Shown here one piece after another: positions 40,261-52,995 of a stretch of DNA of 64,000 nt (position 1 is its first letter; each line of letters opens with the position of its first letter). The notes below the pieces were generated by a model. The model was not told the origin of the DNA and searched no databases. It saw only the letters and a program-made list of their open reading frames with translations. The DNA comes from Hemiscyllium ocellatum (Eukaryota), in the NCBI RefSeq assembly GCF_020745735.1, contig NC_083433.1, positions 1,437,363 through 1,501,362 on the forward strand, given 5' to 3'. The position numbers and the translations under genes were made by a program.

Positions 40261-41183
40261 AAAAGGGACAATGGGGGCGGATGGGCGATGGGAGGAAGGG
40301 ACAAGGGAGCAATGGGCAGGGATGGAAGGAGGCGGGTGAGTGAGTGGGGTGTGGAGGATAGGGGAAGGGGAATAGAGGTAGGAAGTGGAGGTGGAGGTGG
40401 AGGAATGGTGGTGGTGATGATGATGGGGGAGGGGGAGTGGGAATGGTGGAGGTGGAGGTGGTGGGGTAGGAGGAGGAGGAGGAGGAGGAGTGGTAGTGGT
40501 GGAGGGGAGTGTGGGGTTGGAGTTTTGTGGTGGATGGAGGGGGTGTTGAAGAAATGGGTGTTGGTGGGGGATGAGGGTGTTGGAAGAGTGGTTGGAGGTT
40601 GGAGGAGTTGGGAATGGAGAGGAATGGCAGATGGAGGGGGTGGGGTGCAGCAGTGGGTGTGCTGGTGGAGAAGGTGGGTAGGGATGGAGTGTGGGAAGTG
40701 GTGGAAGGGAGGATAGTGACGGAGGCTGCAGGGAATGAAGGAATATTGGGGAGGGGAATTGGTGTGGGCCTCAGTATTGTGTTTGGGATGGGTATTAGTG
40801 AGAGGGAGTTGGGCTAGGAGAGAGAGAGATGGGAATTGATGGTATGAGAGAAGAGGAAGGAAGGACTGTGATAGAAGAGTGAAAGTTTATAGGGAGGGAG
40901 AGAAGAGTTTGCACAGGGTGAGATGGAAGAGACAGCTAGCTGGTGGTGGGGGGAAGGAAATGGGAGGTAAGGGGTAGTTATAAAGGGAATTGGTGAGGGG
41001 AAGAGACTGAGCTAGAGGATCTGCAAGGTTTACATGTAGGGAGCAATGATGTACGTTTCCATTTGGGAGTGTAGATAAATAGAGGGCAGGATGGAGGCAC
41101 AAGGAGAAAGGGGTTGCTGGTTATGGGGTTCAATATGGTCTGACTCTGGTGAACTCTCCTCAGGTCGTGCAGGAGTCAGAGCG

Positions 41184-44100
41184 ATGCCCCGACACTGCTC
41201 AGCTGAGGGCTGCACATCCCGGGACACGAAGGAGTCGAGAATTAATGGAGTCACGTTTCACAGGTCAGTGAGACTTCTCCCCTACCCTACCTTCCAGATT
41301 GTTTGTTTGCCTCAGTGGGAGCTGTTTCTCCCTCCAGTGGTAAGGTATGTTTAACCACAACCTCCCAACCCAGTCATGCTTTTCAGTGGTCACATTCATT
41401 TCTCATTGGTTTTATTTCACTCAGGTTGCCCAAGAAGGGGAGATTTCCGCGTGAGAGCTGGTTGCTGAATTGTTGCCGGAAGAACCCAGATGGGACAGTT
41501 CCCTGGGATCCACCCTCTCAGTTCATCTACTTCTGTTCAAAACATTTTGAGAAACACTGTTTTGAGCTTGTGGGGCTGAGGTAATTCGTAGCATCTGTCA
41601 GACCTTGGCCTAATACGCCCGTTTCAACTAATCAGTACGACCCATTAATAGTTTGGGTGGCACAGTGCTCAGTGGTTAGCGCTGCTACTACTGCACAGCA
41701 CCAAGGACCTGGATTCAAATCCAGTCTCAGGTGGCTGCCTGTGTGGAGTTTGCACGTTCTCCCCGTGTCTGTGTGGATTTCCCCTGGGTGCTCCAGTTTC
41801 CTCTCTCAGACCAAACATGTGCAGGTTAGCTAGATTGGTCATGCTAAATTGCCTGTAGTGTCCAGGGATGTGCAGGCTGGGTGGGTTAGCCATGGGAAAT
41901 GCAGGGTTATAAGGTGGAGTGTGCCTGGGATTTTTTCAGAGGATCGGTGTGAATTCTTTGGACCAAATAGCCTGGTTCCACATTGTAGGGATTCTGAGTC
42001 TATTATGCTCTGCTTTGCCAGATTATCATGGTTTACTAAACCTTGGTCTACCTGATCACTGTGACCTAACAGACCCTAGTTTACCCAGTCACCTGGAACA
42101 TCAGATCAATTGGATCACACCAGTGGGCTGAAGAATGGCAGATGGATAAATGTCAGGTATTGCATTTTGGTGAAACAAAGACAAGACTCAAACAATTAAC
42201 AATAGGGCTTTGTAAGTGTTGTAGAACAGAGCGATCGAAGGGTTCAGGTACATAATTTTTTAAAGTTTGCATCACATATGGATAAGGTTGTTGACAAGGC
42301 ATTTAAACATGCTTGCCTTCATTGCTCAGACCTTTGTGTATTGGAGTTGGGACATTATATAGAGGCCTTTTCTTGGAGTACTGTGTCCAGTTCTGGTCTT
42401 CCTAATACAGGAAGGATATTATTAAGCTGGGTTCAGAAGAGATATAGCAGGATGTTGCTGAGAATGGAGGGTTGGAGTTATAAGGAGAGGCTGGATAGAG
42501 TTGTACAGCACAGAAACAGACCCGTCCATGCCAATCAAATATCCTAAACTAATTAGTCCCACTTGCCAGCACTTGGCCCATATCCCTCTAAACCCTTCCT
42601 ATTCATCTACCCATCCAGATGGCTTTTAAATGTTGTGATTGTACCAGCCCCACCACTTCCTTTGGCAGCTTATTTCATACACGCACCACCGTCTGTATGA
42701 AAAAAATGCCCCTTAGATCCCTTTTAAATCTTTCCCCTCACCCTAAACCTATGCCCTCTAGGTCTGGATTAGCCCAACCCAGGGAAAATGCTATTAGGCT
42801 GGAAACTTTTTCACTGAAGTGTAGGAGGTTGACAGGTGACCTTATTGAGGTTTATAAAATTATGAGGGATATAGATAAGATGAATGACAGGTGTCTTTTC
42901 CTTAAGTTGAGGGGTTTCAAAACTAGAGGGCATATTTTTAAGGTGAGAGTAAAAAGAATTTTAAAAGTTTACACAAAGTGGCTCGTGTGGAGTGAACTTC
43001 CAGAGGATATGGTGGATGCAGGTACAGTTACAACTTTAAAAAGACAGACAAGTTCACAATAGGAAATGTTTGGAGGGATATGGGCCAAGTGGAGGCAAGT
43101 GGGACTAGTTCAGTCAGGGATTTTGGGCGGCTGGTTGGACTGAAGGGTCTGTTTCCCTACTGTATGTCTCGGTGATCCTGATCCACATGTTCTTTACAGT
43201 CTCTTGGATTGCCAAGGCCCATCAGATTCCTTAGCTTGCCTAATCACTGCTGTTTATTCGTTCCCAGTTCAGCTGATTACCAGTCCAACAGATCCCAGTC
43301 TGTTCCCCCAATCCATCAAACATAGTCTGGTGGATCATCCTGGCCGCTCAAATCTGTCTTCCTGATACCATCAGACCTGTTTCCTTCGATCACTGTGGTT
43401 CATCAGACCTTAATTCCCAGGTTCTCAACACAACCATTCAAGCCAGTTCTATTTTTGGGTAATATGTGGAGGAAGTTCACTGCTTTCCTTGTTTTCTTCC
43501 CCCAGTCGTTATCACCGTCTGCGAGATGATGCTGTCCCCACGTTATTTCAGTCGTGTCCTCAGTCAAAGGTGGCGCTGAGTAGAGGATACCGTGAAAAGA
43601 CAGTGTCTGTACAAACCAATGAATGGTGAGAAGCTTCTGGTGACTGCTTTAACCATGTGATTCACAGGATGTATTCTGCTTGGAAAGCATTTGTGCTGTT
43701 CACTCAAAATCAATGTCTTAACTAAAAATCCCATGTGTATTTCTCCCATTGCCCTGTTCATTGACTCAGTGCAAGTGGCTAGTGCATGCTTCAGAGTTAG
43801 AGTCCAGATGGTTGATGTAGAGACTGAAGCTTCCTGTCAGGGGTAGGTGAGTGTTTCTTGCCTACAGCCACTGGATCAGGGAAGGGACAAGTGAGCCAAG
43901 ACTCCTCACCTCAAAGTAGTCACCTGTTTGTGCAAATGTTACTTGAGGGCACAAATAAGCTCATTGTGATGCCATCTTGGCCAAATATTCAGTGGCTTGT
44001 CTGTCCACAATCAGATAATGGTCATTTGGTAGTGAAGAATGAACAGCACCTCAGGGTTCTTGAGAATAGAGGGAGGAAACTGACATTAAAGTATCCACAG

Positions 44101-44872
44101 TTGATAGCTTCCTGTCCTTTATTAACCTTCAGCTAATCTCCCTTCCTGTCTGTCCAACAGCCTCACTGATGGCGGTGGCTCTTCACCTGCTCCTGATCTC
44201 AGGAATGCTGACACTAGCTCAGGGATGAGCTTCAGCATTTCTCAGGATGGTTCTTCCATTATTCTGGGTTATTCTGATCCTCAAGATAGAGTGAATGAAA
44301 CTTTCTGCTTATATGAAACATCATCTCCTGACATACCGATCTCCACAAGCCAGCCTGAGCCAGAGGACACCGCTCCGACTGTCATTTATCTCATTGAAGT
44401 GAATCCGCAGTCTGTGGAGTTGGAGGCAGCTGGAAACACAGAGGAAGCCTCCAAGGACATCTCGTTGCCTCTGCCTCAGCCTGTCCTCCTGAATGAACAC
44501 TCACCTGACTGTCAAGTGGAGCTGGATGATGACAGGGACCCTGTCCCCATTGCTTTGTATATGGCTCGCATTCCCAATCCACCACCTAAACCTGGTGCCT
44601 ACATTCCTGTTGAGCACAGTTACACTGTAGGCTGTCCACTGGTTTGGAAGATGAAGCTAGAGGCTCTGAAGGTGGCCTTTGAGAAGGTCACCAAGGAGCT
44701 GCGGGCTAGCAGGAAACGGGAGAGTCGCCTGCGAGCACGAATCACATCCATCTTGAGACCACAACATCAAGTGCTTCAAGATGAATGTACTGAATCGGAC
44801 ATAACCGAGGGCTGCCAGCCACAGTTTGAAGTGTATGAGGTGGAAGTGGTGGATGAGGCTGTGAATCTGTAG
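41184..44872 (+). CDS. THAP7: THAP domain-containing protein 7, 355 aa
   Basis: Exons 41184-41263, 41425-41580, 43506-43625, 44161-44872 (1068 nt, GT-AG). THAP domain [10 protein letters not shown]...FHRLPKK...W...WDP...YFCSKHFE...[13 protein letters not shown]; HCF-1 motif EHSY followed by a coiled coil. Confidence 0.9.
41655..41995 (+). mobile_element. HE1-like V-SINE
   Basis: gggtggcacagtgctcagtggttagc... with V-domain gtgtggagtttgcacgttctccccgtgtctg. Confidence 0.9.
42110..43170 (+). mobile_element. CR1-type LINE 3' part with an inverted CR1 fragment inserted (~42497-42790)
   Basis: SYKERLDR ... [21 protein letters not shown] ... TRGHIFKV; the internal segment is a reverse-complement CR1 tail. 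Confidence 0.85.
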
Positions 44873-47852
44873 CTACGTTTTAACTCGGTCACTTATTTAA
44901 CCAGTGCTGTCGATTCTTCACTAAGTAAACCAGCAACAAAGTGTGAGGAGAAGAGTGACATGTTGGGGAGGGGAGGAGTGAGAAATGTGTTGGGAAAGCA
45001 ACTGGGGGAGGAGGTGGGATGGGGGGGGAAGGAAGGGGGGAGAGAGAGAGAGAGAGAGAGAGAAGTGAATTGAAGTGAAGTGAAGTGAAGTGGCTGGAGG
45101 GAGGGAGAGTGGTGTTTTGTCATCGTGGATCCTGGGAGATTTTCCAAGCTCCCTTTGATTTGTGTAGGATGACAGAAATCATACCACAACGGTCGAATTA
45201 TACAGAGTTAACTGATCTGTTGTTAGGTTTTGCGGCATGAGGTGAGATGAACTTTTGAACATTTTACTGTTTAACATAAAGACCACAGTAAAACATTTAT
45301 TTTTATGATTTGAGAACATTGGCTGCTGTACTAAACATGACCGCTCTAAATCATTAGTCAGTTTACTCTCGGTCGTTACCTCTGTGTTTCTGAAGGCTAC
45401 AAGAAATCCTACCGCATTGTATGCAGTCTGTGTTGGGGGTTAATCAACCATGTCCTGCAGCACACAGCTAAACCCATACGTGCCTCTTTTAACAGACACC
45501 CCTGTGCATTTTCTGGCAAAGATCCCAGTCAGTGAAAAGAAGGGCTTTGACCCAGTTTTTTTTCTTTGTCACCCCTGCCAGCCAACACACAGGATAGTAA
45601 GGCCAGTTACAAAGCTCTCGCTTTCAATATTTGTAGACAAAAAAAATGAAGTGATTGAAATGACACTGTAAAAAGCGATTGCTTGTCTCTCAATGTTACC
45701 TTGTATCAGTGTTTGTAGATTGGCTGTCCTGGGATTCTGCCTCTAGGCTATGACTGTTCTCCTTTGTTGATTTACCATGGCTTTTAGGAAAGCTGACAAT
45801 TGTACAGGATGAGGCTGACGTGATTTGACTATTTTAAAACACTCTGATATTCTACCCTCCGTAGAGCTCAGGTTGAAACCCCGCTGACCATATCCTCACT
45901 CTTGTTAAGCCTCATTGTGGTAGTGTGCTGAAAATCAAGCCTTGCTATTCCTGAAGGCGTCACAAAGTTGTTTAATGAAAGTATGCAAAATTCCTCAATT
46001 TATGTGTCTTTTAATCCTAGGTTTCTGCACGTAAGAGGAATTATTTATTAGAGCTGAATAGATTCCAGTTACAGATAATTAATTATGGACTGGTGACATA
46101 TCTTCAATCATTAAAACTCCAACTCTCTCATAAACTATCCCCCCACAGACAAAAATTGGGGGGTGTGGGGTGTTAGCAGGGAATGGCTGTTATGGGTGGA
46201 GCAAATGACTGAGCAAGTACTTCAGTGGTTTCTGTTCACAGGGTTTGCTGACAATGGCTTGTCAGGATGAACCCACAACTCATTCTGTTATTTGTGCTCC
46301 TCTCATTCTGTCATCTTGAACATCCACAATTTAATTGCTTTACTGTCGACAGCTGTACCTTTAGCTGCTTGGATCCTGAGCTCTGCAATTCCCTCCTCAT
46401 GCCAGCCCTACAGTTTCCTCCTTTTAAAACACTTCCTAAACAATAAGGTGATCAAGCTTTTGACCATTTCCCCATATATCTCCTGATGTGAATCAATGTC
46501 TAATTTTGCTTTATAATGCTTTGTGAGCACCTTCAGATATTTCATGATACTGTAGATGTTGTATAAATGCAAGTAGTTGTTGTAGGATGACATTTAAACA
46601 GCAAAATACTCTCTATTCAGAACACATTCAGGACAGCCTCACTTGAGTCACTTCACACCTGGTCTCATATTAAAAGGATAATTGTAAAAAGCAAGCAATT
46701 TAGAAAAGTACACTCAGACAGCGTTCTACACTTACATGCTCACTTTGTTTTCATGTGTGAGGGAAGCTAGGAGTCTGAGATCGTTGTTTTACTGATTACA
46801 TTAGTGCATTAATGATTCCGTGAACGATTGCTGAAATCCTTCAATTTGACCACTATCTCTGATCAATATCAAACAAAATGTAAAGCAACTCATGTCGAAG
46901 GAATGGTATTTTATTCTTGAGTTATCTATCTGAGAAATGTTAAACCTACAATGTTAAATGTACAAAAATAAGCAAGTGAATAAAAATAATTACAGAAATT
47001 ACAAGAAAGGATGGGGCTTTTAGACTTAACTCATAACAGAATAAGAAATGCAGGACTATGGAGAAAGAATTTGAGGTTCCTAAGCTCCCAGGTGTGGAGG
47101 TATCGGTGTCATGGTAATTTCTTGGGCTAATAATTTGGCTAGTTCTCTGGGTCTAAATTGAAATCCCACCATATAGCAACTGGTGGAATTTAAATTCAAT
47201 TAATACATCTGGAATTAAAGGCTAGACTAATGGTGATTTGGTGGTCTTTTGGTTGCTAAAAATCCATCTGAGGGAAATCTTCTGTCCTTACCTGATTTGG
47301 CCTATATACCAGACCCATAGCAATATGGTTAACTCTTAATCTGAAATGGCTGAAAACAAAAAAATGCAGGAAATCACAGTGGGTCAGGCAGCATCCATAG
47401 AGACAGAGTGAGCTAATGATTTGAGTCCAAATTGCTGTTCATCAGAGTTGCCTGAGCAAGCTATTCAGTTCCATATCTAAAGATATAAATGCAACCAACA
47501 CACCATCTGACTGTCACTTCTTGTGCCTAGGTGCAACTGACAGTGGAACACACTGCCCTGTCTTTTTTTTTAATGACCATCTGAGGTCGTGTGTCAGAAT
47601 TGGGAGATCTGCCTCAGATGGATCAAGCACCAGCCTGACATTGTGACAGTAACCAAATGATACCTTACAAACAATGTCCTGCACAGCATCACTATCCCTG
47701 GGTGTGTCCTGACTCACCAGTAGGGCAGAGCCACTGAAGTCTGTAGACATGACGGTGTTGTCCTGGCAGTTCTCAATAATAACTGGACCTTATGATGTTT
47801 TATGAAATCAGGTAAAACATGGGTAAGGAAACATCCTGCTTAAAATCTGATT

Positions 47853-48043
47853 GAAGATTTGTAGCTCGGGTATCCGTTGTTGTGGTTCTGCTCGCCGAGC
47901 TGGAGGTTTTTGCTGCAAACGTTTTGTTCCCTGGCTAGGGAACATCATCAGTGCGGTGGGAGCCTCGTGTGAAGCGCTGCTTTGATGTTTCTTCCGGTAT
48001 TTATATTGGTTTGTTCTTGCCGCTTCCGGGTGTCAGTTTCAGC
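47853..48043 (-). mobile_element. Terminal fragment of a third Penelope-like family with a hammerhead motif (47915-47954)
   Basis: Minus strand GCA-CTGATGA-T-GTTCCC tagcca GGGAAC-AAAA-CG-TT-TGC. Stems I and II intact; GAAA changed to AAAA, consistent with CpG decay. Confidence 0.7.
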
Positions 48044-49021
48044 TACCACCCCCCAAACACACACGTTCAACTGACGAATCACTGTTTTATTTGTTCATAG
48101 AATGTGGGTGTTGCTGGTTATCCCAACATTAATTACCCATCTGTAATTGCTCTGGAGAAGGTGATGGATTCTTGAAGTGCTCCTGTACTTGTGTAGGAAC
48201 ACACACCATGCTGTTGAGAAGGAAGTTGCAGGATTTTGATTCTGGGTGGGAGACTTTAGTAGCTCTATTACAGGCCAAATTAGCTGAGTCCTAAAGGACA
48301 TATCTACTAGTCTAAGTCTGTGACAGGTCATCAGGAAGAAAAAAAATGACCATATCCTCACCAATCTATGTATTTGTCCATGACAGTATTCAGAGGAGTT
48401 ACTATTTCACAATCCTTGTGGAGACAAAGTCCCATTACATATTGGAGATACCCTCCATTATATTGTATTACTATGCGGAACATGTTAGATTTTGAACACA
48501 TCTGACAACTGAAGGCTGGGCATTTGTGATGTTTTGTGGGCCATCAGCTGTAGCAGAATATTATTCAACCACAATCTGTAGCCTTATGGTCTGGGATATA
48601 CCCCATTCTACCATATTGTCATGGCTGGGAGCAGAAAGAAGCAAACCTATAATTAGGTGTCAGCAACAACTACCACAGGACTACTTCATTTCAAACAGTG
48701 GGAGCAGCATGTGTGATAGGCAGAGCTGAGTGATCTCACAGCCAATGGAACAGATTTAAACTCTGCAGTCCTGTATAGGTGGTGAACAATTAACAAAAAC
48801 AGGATGAGGAAGAGGAGGTGGCTCCAAATATTCCCATTTTGGATGGTATGGGAGCTAAACAGTGAAGTTTGCACATTCTCCCTGTGTCTGCATGGGTTTC
48901 CTCCAGGTGGTCCAGTTCAGTGTAAAATAATAGGGTGTGGGAATAGGTCTGGGTGGGATACTCTTTGGAGGATTAGTGTGGACTTGTTGGGCCAAATGGC
49001 CTGTTTCCATACTGTATAAGT

Positions 49022-49335
49022 GGGCGGCACGGTGGCACAGTGGTTAGCACTGCTGCCTCACAGCGCCTGTAGACCCGGGTTCAATTCCCGACTCAGGCGA
49101 CTGACTGTGTGGAGTTTGCACATTCTCCCCGTGTCTGCGTGGGTTTCCTCCGGGTGCTCCGGTTTCCTCCCACAGTCACAAAGATGTGCGGGTCAGGTGA
49201 ATTGGCCATGCTAAATTGCCCATAGTGTTAGGTAAGGGGTAAATGTAGGGGTATGGGTGGGTTGCGCTTCGGCGGGTCGGTGTGGACTTGTTGGGCCGAA
49301 GGGCCTGTTTCCACACTGTAAGTCTAATCTAATCT
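49022..49335 (+). mobile_element. Full-length, young HE1-like V-SINE
   Basis: A box TGGCACAGTGG, B box GGTTCAATTCC, V-domain, LINE-like tail ending (ctaat)n. A second partial SINE precedes it (48865-49015). Confidence 0.95.
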
Positions 49336-49454
49336 ATGTAGGGATTCTAAAGTAAAATAAACACACAAGTGCAAAAGACGAGGCTACAGTGAGTGAGTTA
49401 TCTTCTCAGATGTCAGTTTTCATCTAATTTGACAAGTTAACTAGACCAGCTATA

Positions 49455-51456
49455 GAGTGGTAGACCAGTGGGAGTTTGGCGCACTGATCTCTACACCGCT
49501 GAAGCCTGGTGCCAACTCTTCCTCCTGCCCCCTCAACCACAACCTCATCTCCCAGACCATACACAACCTCATCACCTCAGGGGATCTCCCACCCACAGCT
49601 TCCAACCTCTTAGTTCAAGAACCTCGCACCACCCAGTTCTACCTCCTACCCAAGATCCACAAGCTTGACTACCCCAGCCAACCCATCATTTCTGTCTACT
49701 CTGGCTCCACCCAACTCCTCTGCACATACCTTGATATGATCCTATACCGCCGATCTGGGAACTCCACACATACATTCAGGAGACTGCCCACACCCTCCAC
49801 CTCCTCAAAGACTTTTGTTTCCCTCCCCCCAATGCCACATCTTCACCATGAATATCCGTTGCTATACACCTCCATGTGCCATGACCAGGGCCTTCAAGCC
49901 CTCCGTTTCTTCCTCTCCTGACGTCCTGACCAGTACCCTTCTACTGACACTCTCATTCGTTTGGCTGAACTGGTCCTCAATAATTTCTCCTTTTGAATCC
50001 TCTCACTTCCTCCAGATGAAAGGGAAAGCCATGGCCCCAGTTATGCCTGTCTCTGTTGGTTATGTGGAACAGTCCAACTTCCACAGTTAGTCCAGCACCA
50101 GCACCATTGCCCACCTTTTCCTCCGCTACATTGATGACTACCAGCGTCACCTTGTGCTCCCACAAGGAGGTTGAACAGTTCACCAACACATTCCACCCTG
50201 ACCTTAACTGCACCTGGATCATCTCAGACAACTCCCTCCCCTTCCTGGACCTCTCCATCTCCATCAACAGTGACCGACTCAACACTGACATCTTCTACAA
50301 ACCCACCGACTCTCACCCTGCCTCCTGTAAAAATGCTATCCCTTATTCCCAATTCCTCCGTCTCCACTGCATCTGCTCCCAGGAGGTCCAGTTCCATCAC
50401 AGGACACACCAGATGGCTGCCCCCTTTAAAGACTGTAAATTCCCCTCTCATGTGGTTGATGGTGCCCTCCAGTGCATCTCATCCACTTTCTGCCCTTGAA
50501 CCTCACCGCCTCCCCCCGCAACAAGGACAGAACCGCCCTTTCTACCTCGCCTTTCTACCCCACCATCCTCCGTATACATTGCATCGTCCTCCGCCACTTA
50601 CAAATGGACCCCATCATCAGAGATATATTTCCCTCCCCACCCCTATCTACTTTCTGTAAAGACCATTCCCTCCATGACTCCCATGTCAGGTCCATGCCCC
50701 CCAACAACCCAACCTCCCTCCACACCCCCCCCCCACCACCCCAGCACCTTACCCTGCCACCACAGGAGTTGCTAAACCTGTGCCCACACCTCCACCCTTA
50801 CCTCTGTCCAAGGCCCCAAAGGATCCTTCCACATCCATCAAAGTTTCACCTGCACTTCTACACGTTATTTATTGTATCCGTTGGTCCCGATGCAGATTGG
50901 GGAGACAGGATGCCTACTCACAAAGCGCTTCAGAGAATATCTTTGGGACACCTGTTTCAATGGACCCCACCACCCCGTGGCTGAACACTTCAACTCCCCC
51001 TCCCATTCTGCCGACGTCATGCAAGTCCTAGGCCTCCTCCATTGCCACTCCCTTACCACCCAACGCCTTGAGGAAGAACATCTCATCTTCCACCTCTCGA
51101 CACTCCAACCCCATGGCATCAAAATGGATTTCACCAGTTTCCTCATTTCCCCTCCCCCACCTTATCCCAGTTCCAGCCTTCCAGCTCAGCACCATCCTCA
51201 TGACCTGTCCTACCTATCCGCTCCACCTTCCTCTCCAACCTATCACCCACTTCCATCTACATATCGCACTATCAGCTACCTTCCCTCCAGCCACACCCCC
51301 CTCCCGTTTATCTCACCAAACCCTTGGCTCTCAGCCTAATTTCTGATGAAGGGCTTTTGCCCAAAATGTCAACTCTCCTGCTCCTTGGATGCTGCCTGAT
51401 CTGCTGTGCTTTTCAATCACCATACTCTTGACTCTAATCTGCAGCGTCACTTTCAC
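49455..51456 (+). mobile_element. 5'-truncated Penelope-like retroelement with hammerhead-bearing 3' terminal repeat
   Basis: FYLLPKIHK, RYIDD, LPFLDL...TDIFYKPTDSH, AIPYSQFLR, IGETG...RFREY, VAEHFN. 3' end ctgatgaagggcttttgcccaaaatgtc. TSD ctagaccagc (49441-49450 / 51457-51466). Confidence 0.92.
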
Positions 51457-52054
51457 CTAGACCAGCCACATAAACACTCTTTACTGCAGCAGGTCAGAGG
51501 CTGGGAGTTCTGTCGTGACTTACCCCCTGACTCCTTATATCTTGTCCACCATCTATATGGCACAAGTCAGGAGTGTGATGGAATAGCCTGCCCACTTATC
51601 TGGATGTGTGCAGCTCCAACAAACACTCAAGAAGCTTGAAACCATCCAGAACAAAGCAATCTACTTTATTGGCACTACGTCCACATTTAGTCCCTTCACC
51701 AATCCATAGTATCGAGTGTGCACTCAGATTTTAAATCTATAAGATGTTCTGCAGCAACTTGGGTTCCTTTGATGGCACCTTCCAAATCCATGACAACTAC
51801 AGTCTGGAAGTACAAGGCGGGAGATATATGAGAACACACAGGTTCCCTCCAAGATGCATACCACCCTGGAAAATATATTACTTCTTCAATGTTGCTGGGT
51901 CAAAATCCTGAACCTCCTACCCTGACAATACCATGGTAGTCCTTGCACCATGTTAGTCTGCAGTGGTTTAAGGTGAAAGACCTTTCGAGGAATCACAGGT
52001 TGGCAACAAATATTGAACCAGTCAGTGATGCTCAGTTTCCATGAATGAACAAAA
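51457..52054 (+). mobile_element. Host LINE 3' end into which the Penelope element inserted
   Basis: caccatctat...gcacaagtcaggagtgtgatggaata...acactcaagaagcttga...atccagaacaaagca, ending ccatgaatgaacaaaa; related pieces at 47520-48800. Confidence 0.6.
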
Positions 52055-52062
52055 TGAATTCT

Positions 52063-52995
52063 CCTGGGGTAAGGTCCCCTGACCCTGGAGTGAAGCCTCT
52101 TGACCTCAGGGTAAAGCCCCCTCTTCTTGGGGCAAAGCCCTCTTACCTTTGGGTAAAGCCCCCTGACCCTGGAGTAAAGCCTCTTGACCCCAGGATGAAG
52201 CCCCCAGACCCCAAGGTGATTGACCCCAGCGTAAAACCGCTTGACCCCAGGGTGAAGCTCCCTGACCCTGGAATGAAGCTCCCTGACCCTGGAGTGAAGC
52301 TCCCTGACCCTGGAGTGAAGCTCCCTGACCCTGGAGTGAAGCTCCCTGACCCTGGAATGAAGCCCCCTGACCCCGGAGTGAAGCTCCCTGACCCCGGAGT
52401 GAAGCTCCCTGACCCCGGAGTGAAGCTCCCTGACCCTGGAGTGAAGCTCCCTGACCCTAGGGTGAAGCTCCCTGACCTGGAATGAAGCCCCCTGACCCTG
52501 GAATGAAGCCCCTTGACCCTAGGGTGAAGCCCCCTGACCCCAGGGTGAAGCTCCCTGACCCTGGAATGAAGCCCCTTGACCCCAAGGTGAAGCTCCCTGA
52601 CCCTGGAATGAAGCCCCTTGACCCTAGGGTGAAGCCCCCTGACCCCAGGGTGAAGCTCCCTGACCCTGGAATGAAGCCCCTTGACCCAAGGGTGAAGCTC
52701 CCTGACCCTGGAATGAAGCCCCTTGACCCTGGGGTGAAGCCCCCTGACCCCAGGGTGAAGCTCCCTGACCCTGGAATGAAGCCCCTTGACCCTAGGGTGA
52801 AGCCCCCTGACCCCAGGGTGAAGCTCCCTGACCCTGGACTGAAGCCCCTTGACCCTAGGGTGAAGCCCCCTGACCCTGGAATGAAGCCCCTTGACCCTGG
52901 AATGAAGCCCCTTGACCCTAGGGTGAAGCCCCCTGACCCTGGAATGAAGCCCCTTGACCCAAGGGTGAAGCTCCCTGACCCCAGGGTGAAGACCC
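52063..52995. repeat. 21-bp minisatellite (gtgaagctccctgaccctgga), ~44 copies, with a 63-bp higher-order pattern in the right half
   Basis: Direct reading; abuts the CpG promoter of the next gene. Confidence 0.95.

Noticed and set aside
49022-49095. tRNA-like A and B boxes
   Set aside because: This is the head of a V-SINE, not a tRNA gene.
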